Numbered from the stretch's first letter, positions 30,338-40,273 are shown. The stretch: DNA of 64,000 nt from Candidatus Kapaibacterium sp. (GCA_963665665.1 OY762428.1:5312001-5376000), one strand, 5' to 3'. The notes: generated by a model not told the origin, from the sequence alone. Translations and numbers: made by a program.

Positions 30338-31647
30338 TGAGTGAGAATTATCCTTCATGGGGAAGATACCCGGAACATAAACCGCAAAAAGTGATTAAAC
30401 TTGGCTGGAGAAATGAAGTTCCTGATCTGGACGTTTTCGACAAACCAATACTTCCTTACGGATACGGGAAAAGTTATGGAGACAGCTGCCAGAATTCCGG
30501 GGGAGTGATCATAGAAACAAAAGGCCTGGACAAATTTATTAAATTTAATCCTGAAAATAATACTATCAGAACCGAGGCCGGAGTTACTCTGGCACAGATA
30601 CTGGATTTCATTGTTCCAAGGGGATATTTTCTTGCTTCTACTCCCGGTACAAAGCATATTTCTGTCGGCGGGGCTATTGCTAATGATGTTCATGGTAAAA
30701 ACCACCATAAAGGCGGAACTTTCGGCTGCCATCTGAACGAATTTGAACTTATCCGCTCCGACGGAGCGAAGATGATTTGTTCTCGTGAAGAAAATTCAGA
30801 AATGTTTTCTGCCACGATTGGCGGTTTGGGGCTGACAGGACTGATAACTCAGGCTGAATTCGGTATCAAGCCTGTTGACAGCGCTTATATAGCAATGGAA
30901 AGCATTAAAGTGGACAGCCTTGAGGAGTTTTTTGAAGTAAACAAAGAATCAGAGCAGGATTTTGACTATACTGTTTCCTGGGTTGATTGTACTGCTACGG
31001 GAGCAAACATCGGGCGCGGGCTATATTCCAGGGGAAATCATGCTTCACCTGATGATTATGATATACCGCCTCTTCCTATAGAGAAAAAATCCACATTTCC
31101 TTTCGATGCCCCTTTTATAAATTTTATGTCGGTATATGCTTTTAACCAGATGTATTATCACAAGCAGCTTCGGGAAAAGGAAGAAATGCTCGTACATTTC
31201 GATAAATTCTTTTACCCGCTGGATGCTGTAAATGACTGGAACAAAGCTTATGGGAAAAACGGCTTCCTGCAATATCAATTCGTAATTCCTTTTGGAAATG
31301 AAATGGAAGTATTGAAAGAGCTTCTGGTTAATATCGAATCTTCTGGCTTATCATCATTCCTGACCGTACTTAAAACATTCGGAGACATTAAATCGCCCGG
31401 AATGCTCTCATTCCCGAGACCCGGCGTTACAATGGCAATCGATTTCAGAATGGACGGACAAAAAACATTAGACACACTTACAAAACTGGATGATATTGTA
31501 AAAGAAGCCGGCGGAGTTCTTTATCCTGCTAAAGATGCAAGAATGCCCGGTGAAGATTTCAGGAATTATTATCCCGAATGGAAGGAATTCTCGAAATATA
31601 TCGACCCTGCATTTTCTTCTTCCTTCTGGCGGCGTGTAATGAAATAG
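30337..31647 (+). CDS. FAD-linked oxidase, DprE1-like
   Basis: GKSYGD, PGTKHISVGGAIANDVHGKNHH, FFYPLD, GFLQYQ, LSFP and LYPAKD motifs. Confidence 0.9.
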   Translation: MSENYPSWGRYPEHKPQKVIKLGWRNEVPDLDVFDKPILPYGYGKSYGDSCQNSGGVIIETKGLDKFIKFNPENNTIRTEAGVTLAQILDFIVPRGYFLASTPGTKHISVGGAIANDVHGKNHHKGGTFGCHLNEFELIRSDGAKMICSREENSEMFSATIGGLGLTGLITQAEFGIKPVDSAYIAMESIKVDSLEEFFEVNKESEQDFDYTVSWVDCTATGANIGRGLYSRGNHASPDDYDIPPLPIEKKSTFPFDAPFINFMSVYAFNQMYYHKQLREKEEMLVHFDKFFYPLDAVNDWNKAYGKNGFLQYQFVIPFGNEMEVLKELLVNIESSGLSSFLTVLKTFGDIKSPGMLSFPRPGVTMAIDFRMDGQKTLDTLTKLDDIVKEAGGVLYPAKDARMPGEDFRNYYPEWKEFSKYIDPAFSSSFWRRVMK

Positions 31648-32155
31648 GTACTTCTATCGGTTATTGGCTATTGAATTTGACGATGGTAAAACTGAATGTC
31701 ATCCTGAGAGAATCGAAGGATCAATTTCTAATTGATAATTGATAATTGACAATTAAGAATTAAAAATTGTAAGAAGCCGCTATGTCCCCCGCTGGCTGGG
31801 GTGGATTCTTTTTCAGATTGTTGGCCAATAATTTTGAAAATTCCCCCTCAACGCTCCCCACTCAATACGAAGTTGTACTTCGTAATGCAATTTTTATTTG
31901 AAGCTGTGCTTCTCTATTTCAAAATAGAACTTTACATGAAATATTCCTTCCCAGGTACAACATGGGAAGGAGGGAAAAAAATCATAACTCTAAAGCATTC
32001 GGAATTGAATATATTTGACTTCAAATATTGATTCCATTCAATCAGCTTTGGCACTGCCACTCGCCTTGGTTCGATCTGATAGGTAATTTATCCAGGGATC
32101 GGAGTGGTATCAAAATTAGTTTAACCATCACAATCTACAGGGTTTCTCATTATTC

Positions 32156-32446
32156 CTACCCGCCAAACTCTCCGGTACCATTGGCACAGTGGCTGGTGTC
32201 ACCCGATACGATTGTCCCGTTGTCACAGTCGGATTCACCGGCATTGCCCCCGTCGATACAGTTTTCGAGATAACCGGATCCATTAACGGGCGATACACCA
32301 CTCTCACAAACGCCAACGCTTATGCCACTGCCATCAGTGCAAGAGGTTGAGGCTCCGGCAGAGGATCCATCCGTACACACCATTTCCACGTTTCCAGTTT
32401 TTAGCCCCCTAAGTCTTGGTTTTTCGTACTTGAAACTCATTCCCAT
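32156..32446 (-). CDS. Cys/Gly/Ser-rich RiPP precursor-like peptide (YEKPRL leader, six CxxG repeats)
   Basis: AAGGGA RBS 8 nt upstream; MGMSFKYEKPRL...CTDG..CTDG..CESG..CIDG..CDNG..CANG. Confidence 0.7.
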   Translation of the reverse strand: MGMSFKYEKPRLRGLKTGNVEMVCTDGSSAGASTSCTDGSGISVGVCESGVSPVNGSGYLENCIDGGNAGESDCDNGTIVSGDTSHCANGTGEFGG

Positions 32447-33197
32447 AATCAATTTCCCTTTTAAAATTTATTTTTATTCTTGAGACTCAAATTCCATGAA
32501 CGTAACGAATTGGAATTTGCAAGTCGAACAATCCCGACGAAGTCGGAGAGTTAATACACCGCAGCTTGCCACGGGATTTGTTCCCAAAGTTTACTTTGGG
32601 GTTCATACACGTGATTAATTGAGATTTTGAAATCCACAGTATCATTTCCCAAACACATACATTCAGGATTTGAAGTCCATATTAAGGAAATGTCATCCAT
32701 AATATATGAAAATTCCACAACTAAATCTAATGTTATGATTTTTCTCCTTCCCAAGTACAACTTGGGAAGGATGGAAATACTTCCTTCTCCGGCTCTTACC
32801 CCCCATTCTTCCCCCTCAACATCTCATTCTGACGGAGCGAAGCGACGGAAGAATCCATCTTTGTTTGCCAGATAATGTGTGAAGAATGGATTCTTCGCTT
32901 CGCTCAGTATGACAATCCATCCAGAGCATCGCAAAATTCAATAGCCACGTGCTTTAGCGCGTGGATAAAGGTGCAAGGTTCCAAAGCAAAGAAAGAAAAC
33001 CACCCCTGTATTCCCCTCCTACATTAGGAGGGGATAAGAAGTTAAATATCATAAGATTAACTCCCCCTCCTTCCGAAGGATGCGACCGGGGTGAGGTAGG
33101 AGGGGTCAGAAGCAAAGCACCAATGTTCGAACCCATTGCCTCCTTATTTTCCATCAAAGCCCTCTCCTTCGGGGAGGGTTTGGGAGGGGTCAGAGGT

Positions 33198-33680
33198 ATT
33201 GAGGTCTTGTTTGCACCTATTGCAGCAATGTTTTGCTTTATTGCTGCCTTGGTCGGAGTCATTGCCGCCTTGGTCGAAGTCATTGATGCCTTGGTCAGAG
33301 TCATTGCTGCCTTGTTCGAAGTTATTGCTGCCTTGGTTGAAGATAATGAACTCTTGGTTGAAGCTATTGCAGCAATGTTTTGCTTTATTGCTGCCTTGGT
33401 TGAAGATAATGCTGCCTTGTTCGAAGTTATTGATGCCTTGGTCGAAGTTATTGACCCCTTGGTCGAAGTCATTGATGCCTTGTTCGAATCCATTGCTGCC
33501 TTGGTCGAAGTTATTGACGCCTTGGTCGAAGTCATTGATGCCTTGGTCGAAGTTATTGACGTCTTGGTTGAAGATAATGAACTCTTGGTCGACACTATTG
33601 CAGCAATGTTTTGCTTTATTGCTGCCTTGTTCGAAGTTATTGCTGCCTTGGTCGAAGTCATTGAACTCTTGGTCGGAGGC
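33198..33680. repeat. 21-bp tandem array A (23 degenerate units)
   Basis: Consensus approximately ATTGCTGCCTTGGTCGAAGTY; variant unit ATTGCAGCAATGTTTTGCTTT recurs three times. Confidence 0.92.
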
Positions 33681-33687
33681 AAAGAAC

Positions 33688-33945
33688 ATGTTCAGTAAGA
33701 TCAACCAAGTGTTCAGTAAGATCAACCAAGTGTTCAGTAAAGCCAACCAAGTGTTCAGTAAGGTCAACCAAGTGTTCAGTAAAGCCAACCAAGTGTTCAG
33801 TAAGGTCAACCAAGTGTTCAGTAAGATCAACCAAGTGTTCAGTAAGGTCAACCAAGTGTTCAGTAAGATCAACCAAGTGTTCAGTAAGATTAACCAAGTG
33901 TTCAGTAAGATCAACCAAGTGTTCAGTAAAGCCAACCAAGCGTTC
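33688..33945. repeat. 21-bp tandem array B (12 near-perfect units, degenerating rightwards)
   Basis: GTGTTCAGTAAGATCAACCAA; variation is almost confined to the GAT/AGC/GGT positions. Confidence 0.95.
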
Positions 33946-35274
33946 AATGAGGCCAAATTTCACTACATTAAGGCCAAACAGTAGTTCAATACCTCCGGCC
34001 AAGGCAGTATAAAGTCCTGCCAACAAAGTATTTAGCCCAAACATATGGATTCTGGTTCAAAACAGCGTTGAAATAAGGAAATTATCCGGTTCATTGAAAC
34101 CACAGGTTGGGGAATTAAGGCCGGCGGCCTGTTCATTTGGGTGGAAGAACGGGTAAACTGAGCAAAAGAATGAGGTGTTATGTTGTCATTCCCCGACACG
34201 TCGGGGCAGGCTTCCGGAGCTTGCGACCGAAGAATCCATCTTTGTTTGCAGATAGTGTGTGAAGAATGGATCCTTCGCTTCGCTCAGGATGACATGCAGT
34301 TTTACCATCGTCAAGTTCAATAGCCACGTGCTTTAGCTCGTGGATAAAGATGCAAGGTGCGAAGGCAAAGAAAAAGAAACCACCCCGTCTCGCTGCGCTC
34401 GCCACCCCTCAACGAGGGGAATTTTCCGGAAGTCCACCCCCGTCCTTTCCCGACTCGTCGGCGCCAGCGGAGGACAGGTAATGTTGTCATTCTGACGGAG
34501 CGAAGCGACGGAAGAATCCATCTTTCTTTGCAGATTAGGTATTAAGAATGGATTCTTCGCTGGCCCTCAGAATGACCTTCCAGCCTTATCATCGTCAAAT
34601 TCAATAGCCAGGTGCTTTAGCGGGTGGATAAATGTGCAAGGTGCGAAGGCAAAGAAAAAGAATCCACCCCGCCCTTCGGGCACCCCTCCACGAGGGGAAT
34701 TTTTATAAAACCAGCCATCCCGAAAGCGGCGTAGCCGCGACATTTTTGTAGAAAGACGAATCCGGAAAGGACAACAGCCCCGTAGGGGCGACATTGGCAA
34801 AAGATTGTGTCGCTCCTACGGAGCTTTTAATAATCGCAATGTAAACATTATCTACAAAAATTCCGCTCCTACGGAGCTTTTTATATAATTCCGATGCTCT
34901 TGCGACTGAAGAATCCATCTTCGTTTGCAGATAGTGTGTGAAGAATCCACCCCAGCCTGTCCCGACGTGTCGGGAACTCGCTGCGCTCGCCACCCCTCAA
35001 CGAGGGGAATTTTCCGGAAGTCCACCCTCGGCCTTTCCCGACTCGTCGGCGCCAGCGGTGGACAGGTGGCTTCTTCCAATTTTTAATTTTCAATTGTCCA
35101 TTGTCAATTAGGAATGGATTCTTCGCTGGCGCTCAGAATGACCGCTTTATACAGTTTTTACATATTTTCAAAGTTAAACTGAATGGTAACGAAGTTCTTC
35201 TATTACTTTTTCTTTATAAATTCGTTATATTATAAAAATTAATAGTCAAAAATTGCAAATAAACAGGTAAGACA

Positions 35275-37605
35275 ATGAAAAATACGCTATTAATATTTTG
35301 TATTATGTTCCTTTCTTTTGGAATAATTTATTCCGAAGAATCCATAATCCCGAACGCCGGGCAGTGGCCGGAAAAAATTCTTGCCAAAGCTTCTGCGGAT
35401 GGTATTAATGTATGGGTAACCGGGGAAGGGCTTGTATTTGATCATTATAATATTAAACCGGGGCTGAAAAGCCCCGGTAAATTTGAATCAAATGCTCTTG
35501 ATACTATAAACGGTTGCGCCTACATGTTGTCATTTTCATCAGGCGAACAGCTTAATAAAGTTATTAATTTGAATACCGATGCTGAGATGCCAACTGTTCA
35601 TAATTATTTCAATGATCATAAAAGCAATAAAGCAGTTTCGGTTAAATCTTATCGTGAAATAACTGTTGATTACCAGGGTTTTAGCCTGAAACTGACTGTT
35701 GATAACCACAAACCGAGATATGATATAATCCTTCCTCCCGGGTATAATCCTGATAATTTAAAAATTGAATTTAAAGGCAAGGGATGCCTTGATTATTCTG
35801 ATAATGGCAGCTTCAAAGTTGTTTCCGGAGAAGAAGAATATATGCACGGGGGGCTGAAAGCTTTTCAGAAATCAGGAGATAAATTGCAGTCTGTTGATTG
35901 TTCGCCTGTTATTACGGACAGCAAACACTTGATATTTAAACTCGGTAAATATGATGAAACAGAAGAATTGACAATCGATCCGACTGTTTTTTCAACTTTT
36001 CTTGGGGGTGAAAAGGGTGGATGTTCATCAATTTGTATTAACGAAGATAATAATCCTGTTTTATCCCTTTTACAAAATTCTAAAAATTACTTTCCTGATT
36101 CGTTAAAAAAATATTCTAAAATTGGTACTGGTTTTGACGGAATAATTTGCTGTTTCCAACGTGATGGGAAATATCCTATTTGGACAAGTCATTTCAATGA
36201 ATTAAATATACAAAAAGTATCATATTTAAACAATGATACTTACAAAATTCTTGGCTTTGCTTATGACAGTATGTACACGAGTGACTATGCATACTGTAAT
36301 AAGCCCGACTTTGATAATGGTGCACTGGTACATTATTCCTGTAATTTAAGTTTTGACGGAACAACAATTTCTAACGGAAGCTATTGGGAACTATTATCTA
36401 AAAACTTTTCCTTCGATAATATTAGAATTGATAAAAATGGAAATTGTTGTATCTCAATTAATTTTAACATAAATGATAGTTTATTGATCTTTAAAAATCC
36501 GATTAGAACAACTAAATTAGCAAAAAATGACTGTGCTTTGGTTATACTGGATTCCATTGATTCGGATATATTATTTTCTTCATATTGGGGTTATACAAAA
36601 TCAAAGAGTATTTCAACTATTGATTTAAATAATTCCTGTCTTGCAATGGTTGGCCCTCAGATCGATACAGTTTCAAATCTAACAAGATTCAGATATATAA
36701 GTTTTATTAATTATAAAACATTTGAAATAATTGATCACAAGGTATTGTCCGATTTTGAAGCTTCCGGTTATTGGGTAATTCTGCAGGACGATAAAGTAAC
36801 ACTATTTGGCACAACAGCCGATCCTAACTATCCGATAACAGAAAATGCTCATAAAGCAGATTATTGGTTTAATAATTTTTATATTACTGAGTTTAGTTTA
36901 AAAGATTGGAAAATTCTTAAATCAGGAACATTTAGAGGCGGAGTTTATGATTTGTCCAACGGATCATTTATCAGACTTAAGAATAATTCATATCTTATAT
37001 CTGGTAATTTACAAGGAGGTCGTCTTGAAACTACTCCTGATGCTCTTGTCCAATCAGATGCCCCAAGGGGTCAACATCATGGTTTTATAATGGTTGTTGA
37101 CAGTAATTTATCAGATATTCAATATTGTAGTTATTTTACAGGTAAAGAATTTACTAACCTATTAAATGAAACGGCTATCGACTCATTATCAAGAATCTAT
37201 GCTTGTGGCATTACTGACAGCCCTGATTTCCCACTCTATAATGCTTATGATTCGGCCTATTGGGCAAGAACTAGTTATTACGGCTGGTTTGCTGCTGTTG
37301 AAGTATCAGATGAAACAGCAATTAAAGAAAACAATTCGCTCTTAAACCGTTGTATATTATTTCCTAATCCAGCCCAGCCCGGCTCTTTGGTCACATTGAG
37401 CCTTGACGATGAATTTGCCGGTGAAACAAGAATTGAATTGATTGACATCAGCGGAAGAGTGATTCAAGAAGAAAAACTATCTCTTTTCGGAGCCATACGC
37501 CAGGATATTCAGTACCAATTACCAAGTGAATTGATTCCCGGTGCGTATTTTATCAGGGTAAGTTCCGGAGATAATATTATCGATTTTAAATTAGTTGTGG
37601 AGTGA
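35275..37605 (+). CDS. T9SS-secreted SBBP/beta-propeller-type protein
   Basis: Signal peptide, PNAGQWP, LTIDPTVFSTFLGG, GITDSPDFP and a C-terminal FPNPA...PGAYFIRV...KLVVE CTD. Confidence 0.82.
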   Translation: MKNTLLIFCIMFLSFGIIYSEESIIPNAGQWPEKILAKASADGINVWVTGEGLVFDHYNIKPGLKSPGKFESNALDTINGCAYMLSFSSGEQLNKVINLNTDAEMPTVHNYFNDHKSNKAVSVKSYREITVDYQGFSLKLTVDNHKPRYDIILPPGYNPDNLKIEFKGKGCLDYSDNGSFKVVSGEEEYMHGGLKAFQKSGDKLQSVDCSPVITDSKHLIFKLGKYDETEELTIDPTVFSTFLGGEKGGCSSICINEDNNPVLSLLQNSKNYFPDSLKKYSKIGTGFDGIICCFQRDGKYPIWTSHFNELNIQKVSYLNNDTYKILGFAYDSMYTSDYAYCNKPDFDNGALVHYSCNLSFDGTTISNGSYWELLSKNFSFDNIRIDKNGNCCISINFNINDSLLIFKNPIRTTKLAKNDCALVILDSIDSDILFSSYWGYTKSKSISTIDLNNSCLAMVGPQIDTVSNLTRFRYISFINYKTFEIIDHKVLSDFEASGYWVILQDDKVTLFGTTADPNYPITENAHKADYWFNNFYITEFSLKDWKILKSGTFRGGVYDLSNGSFIRLKNNSYLISGNLQGGRLETTPDALVQSDAPRGQHHGFIMVVDSNLSDIQYCSYFTGKEFTNLLNETAIDSLSRIYACGITDSPDFPLYNAYDSAYWARTSYYGWFAAVEVSDETAIKENNSLLNRCILFPNPAQPGSLVTLSLDDEFAGETRIELIDISGRVIQEEKLSLFGAIRQDIQYQLPSELIPGAYFIRVSSGDNIIDFKLVVE

Positions 37606-37614
37606 TATTTCACT

Positions 37615-37650
37615 ATTCATCCGATGACTTTAAGTCATCGGATGAGTATT
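37615..37650. repeat. Palindrome between convergent genes (REP-like or terminator)
   Basis: TCATCCGATGACT-TTA-AGTCATCGGATGA. Confidence 0.75.
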
Positions 37651-37659
37651 GTAAATCGA

Positions 37660-39576
37660 TCAGTTTTTTATGAACCCTTTCGATATACGTTGCTCAGGGC
37701 TATCCAAAATCAGAATATAAAATCCTGAAGTTAATTCAGCAATATTCAGTTTAAGTGATTTATTGTTATTTCCAATAAGATTTTCGAAATAAACTTTTTT
37801 TCCGTAAAGGTCAAGTATTTCAATCGAATTGTATTCCGATATACCCGGAATTTCAAGCGATACGAAATCAAAAGCAGGCTGAGGAAAAATTGTAAGATCA
37901 TTTCTTATTGGTTTGATATATTCTTCCATTCCTGTGATAAAATCATTTTTTTCTCCCGGAGTACCAAGATACTTTGATGCAGCCCAGCTTGCACCAACAT
38001 TATTATCCAAATCAGGAGCCAAAAGCGATGCACTGTGGCCTTGCCCGTCAGCAAGTTCAGGCCATGGTGTAATAGCAGAATAAATAACGGTATCGGTTGC
38101 TCTTCCATATTCATCGTATAAAAATACTGATGCCCCAACATCATTCAGGTTTAAATTATCTATCTCGATAAAATTTTTAACATCATGAAAATTACCTATT
38201 AGTTTGTTTTTATCCGAACATAATACTAAATATTCACCTGGTTCAATTTGATTGTTCCACGGAAGTAAATAGCTTTCGGAATCAATCTTTAGTTTCCAAT
38301 AACCAAATTCAATTGTTTGCTCGCTATTATTAAATATTTCAAGCCATTCGCCTGAATCCTGCCCATCAGGGGAATGATAATTGATTTCATTAATAACCGG
38401 AAGCATTATATCATAGCTATACGGATATGCCCCGATATCGGCTTGTGTTCCGTCCCGGTCCAAAGCAGTTGACGGATCGCCTGAATTAATACAAGGGGAA
38501 TCTTCGGTGAGATAAAAATTCAATCGCTCAGAATCAACAAAACCCGGAATTTCTTTAATATTGCTTTCACCGTCAATTATTTCCCGGTCGCTGCATGAGT
38601 AATTAACTTTCAATTCAGCCCCATCTGCCCGGTACAAATCCCCATTTGCTGCAGAACTGAAAATGGAATTGCTGATATCTACAGTTCCCTGGTCATAAAC
38701 AGCTACATTAAGAGTATTAGCGTAGAAAGTATTATTCCTTACGATAGCCGTGGTTACACCTTTTGCTGCAATACCAAAATTGCAATCCATTATCAGGTTG
38801 TTATAAATATAATGCTGCTGGCCCTCATTAAATTCATTTTTACCTAATGAAAGCCCCTTATCCGTACAATGAATTATCCGGTTGTTAAAAACAAGAAAGT
38901 TTTCACATTGGTTCAGGTCTATACCGTCATCAGTTGAATAATAAACCAGGTTACCGGAGACCTGACCTGTATCTGCCCATGAAAAATCCATTGCATCAGG
39001 GACAAAACGGAACTCGCAATTATGAACATAAGGTGTTGCGCCATGCATGGATACACCTTCGCTGGCACTTTTTACAGAACCAAGACTATCGTTTTCAAAT
39101 TTACATTTTTTTATAATTCCCATACCGTCGTCAAGCCATAGCATCGGTTTTTCACCTTCCTCCACCCTACTGTTGGTTATAGATATTCTTTCAAAATCCA
39201 GGTTTGAATTATAGGAATAAATCCTCCCGTCAAATATATCCAGGTTTCTAAACTTGTAATCTCTTTCCCCGATTAATCTTATTTCTCCCCAATTATTATC
39301 GCCATCAAAATTTTTAATTGTTACAGGCATTGCCCGTGTTCCTTCAATTTTCATATCGCCGTTAATAATAAAATTTGCAGAGTCCTTCATAAGAATTGTA
39401 ACACCAGGTTCAACATTTAAACTTGCATCGGATAGGACAGTAATCGTGGATTCAGCCAGAAATGGAGAATTATTAACAGACAGTGTCATATCATAATCAA
39501 TTTTTTCCGGCAGGATAGTCTGCGAAAGAAGTTCGGCAGTTGCTAAAAAGGCAATTAATACTATTAATTTTTTCAT
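37660..39576 (-). CDS. T9SS-secreted protein with right-handed beta-helix and lamin-tail domain
   Basis: Signal peptide, DDGIDL/DKGLSLG beta-helix, SPCINSGDP...DIGAY, VINEINY...GEWLEI...GTPGEKN, and CTD FPQPA...SGFYIL. Confidence 0.82.
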   Translation of the reverse strand: MKKLIVLIAFLATAELLSQTILPEKIDYDMTLSVNNSPFLAESTITVLSDASLNVEPGVTILMKDSANFIINGDMKIEGTRAMPVTIKNFDGDNNWGEIRLIGERDYKFRNLDIFDGRIYSYNSNLDFERISITNSRVEEGEKPMLWLDDGMGIIKKCKFENDSLGSVKSASEGVSMHGATPYVHNCEFRFVPDAMDFSWADTGQVSGNLVYYSTDDGIDLNQCENFLVFNNRIIHCTDKGLSLGKNEFNEGQQHYIYNNLIMDCNFGIAAKGVTTAIVRNNTFYANTLNVAVYDQGTVDISNSIFSSAANGDLYRADGAELKVNYSCSDREIIDGESNIKEIPGFVDSERLNFYLTEDSPCINSGDPSTALDRDGTQADIGAYPYSYDIMLPVINEINYHSPDGQDSGEWLEIFNNSEQTIEFGYWKLKIDSESYLLPWNNQIEPGEYLVLCSDKNKLIGNFHDVKNFIEIDNLNLNDVGASVFLYDEYGRATDTVIYSAITPWPELADGQGHSASLLAPDLDNNVGASWAASKYLGTPGEKNDFITGMEEYIKPIRNDLTIFPQPAFDFVSLEIPGISEYNSIEILDLYGKKVYFENLIGNNNKSLKLNIAELTSGFYILILDSPEQRISKGFIKN

Positions 39577-39781
39577 AATCAGACTCAACCTAATGATAAT
39601 TTAAAATATTTTTTTCTTCAACTTATCCCATAACCAAACATTACTTCAGGGAAAATTTCTCTCGTATATAAACTAACTTAAAATTTAAATAATCCAATAA
39701 CAAGTTGGCTTGAATAATATCTTGTATTCAGATAATTAAATTTCTGCAATATTATCAGATGATAGAAAATGAAAATATATA

Positions 39782-40273
39782 TCAAAGCATTTTGATGGCC
39801 CGGCCCAGCAAACTTCCAAATAGCTCAGGGCTTGTTCGGTGGCCGAAATTCCCATCTAATATTCCGTAGTTCTGATATTCATGATCAATCAGGAATTTCC
39901 TTGTTTTTGCTGAATTGATTATTTCATCATTTTTGCCGATGACGATTATTTTCCTGGTATTTTTTCTTTCCCTAATCACAGGCACATCAATATTTCTGGA
40001 ATGCAAAGCAGGATTAAACAAAATTGCAGGAATATCAAAAAATTCTGACAGGTAAAAGGACATGTAACCCCCGAATGAAGATCCGATAAGAAGCTCATGC
40101 CCTCCTTCATCGATCATTCTGCTGAGATTCTCGAACAGGCTGATAGATTTTTCGGAAGCGCGGTAATTCACCTGAGGTGCCAGAACATCAAGCCCAAACT
40201 CTTCACGCATTATTTTATTCTTTTCAGGGCTGGGTTTTGCATCGAGCCCGTGAAGGTACAGAACAGGTTTCAT
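39782..40273 (-). CDS. YqiA/YcfP-family alpha/beta hydrolase
   Basis: LYLHG, GSSFGG, FNPAL and GH motifs; GGAG precedes ATG 40273. Confidence 0.85.
   Translation of the reverse strand: MKPVLYLHGLDAKPSPEKNKIMREEFGLDVLAPQVNYRASEKSISLFENLSRMIDEGGHELLIGSSFGGYMSFYLSEFFDIPAILFNPALHSRNIDVPVIRERKNTRKIIVIGKNDEIINSAKTRKFLIDHEYQNYGILDGNFGHRTSPELFGSLLGRAIKML

Larger units (their letters stand above)
31666..35142. repeat. Dense mosaic of REP-like palindromes and composite non-autonomous repeat units
   Basis: Recurrent GTCATTCTGA..GAAGAATC/GATTCTTC..TCAGAATGAC, TTCAATAGCCACG..CGTGGATAAA, CCACCCC..GAGGGGAA, GCCCCGTAGGGGCGACA and TTCCCAAG..CTTGGGAA families. Confidence 0.85.

Noticed and set aside
33198-33945. 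CRISPR array
   Set aside because: The 21-bp units are contiguous with no unique spacers.
32954-34044. Long overlapping ORFs (242, 245, 282, 270 and 128 aa) as real genes
   Set aside because: They arise from stop-free 21-bp repeats and run through REP palindromes; only 33688-33984 has an RBS and is kept as a tentative finding.
34178-35093. Short ORFs across the repeat mosaic
   Set aside because: They are translations of palindromic repeats with no protein-like features.
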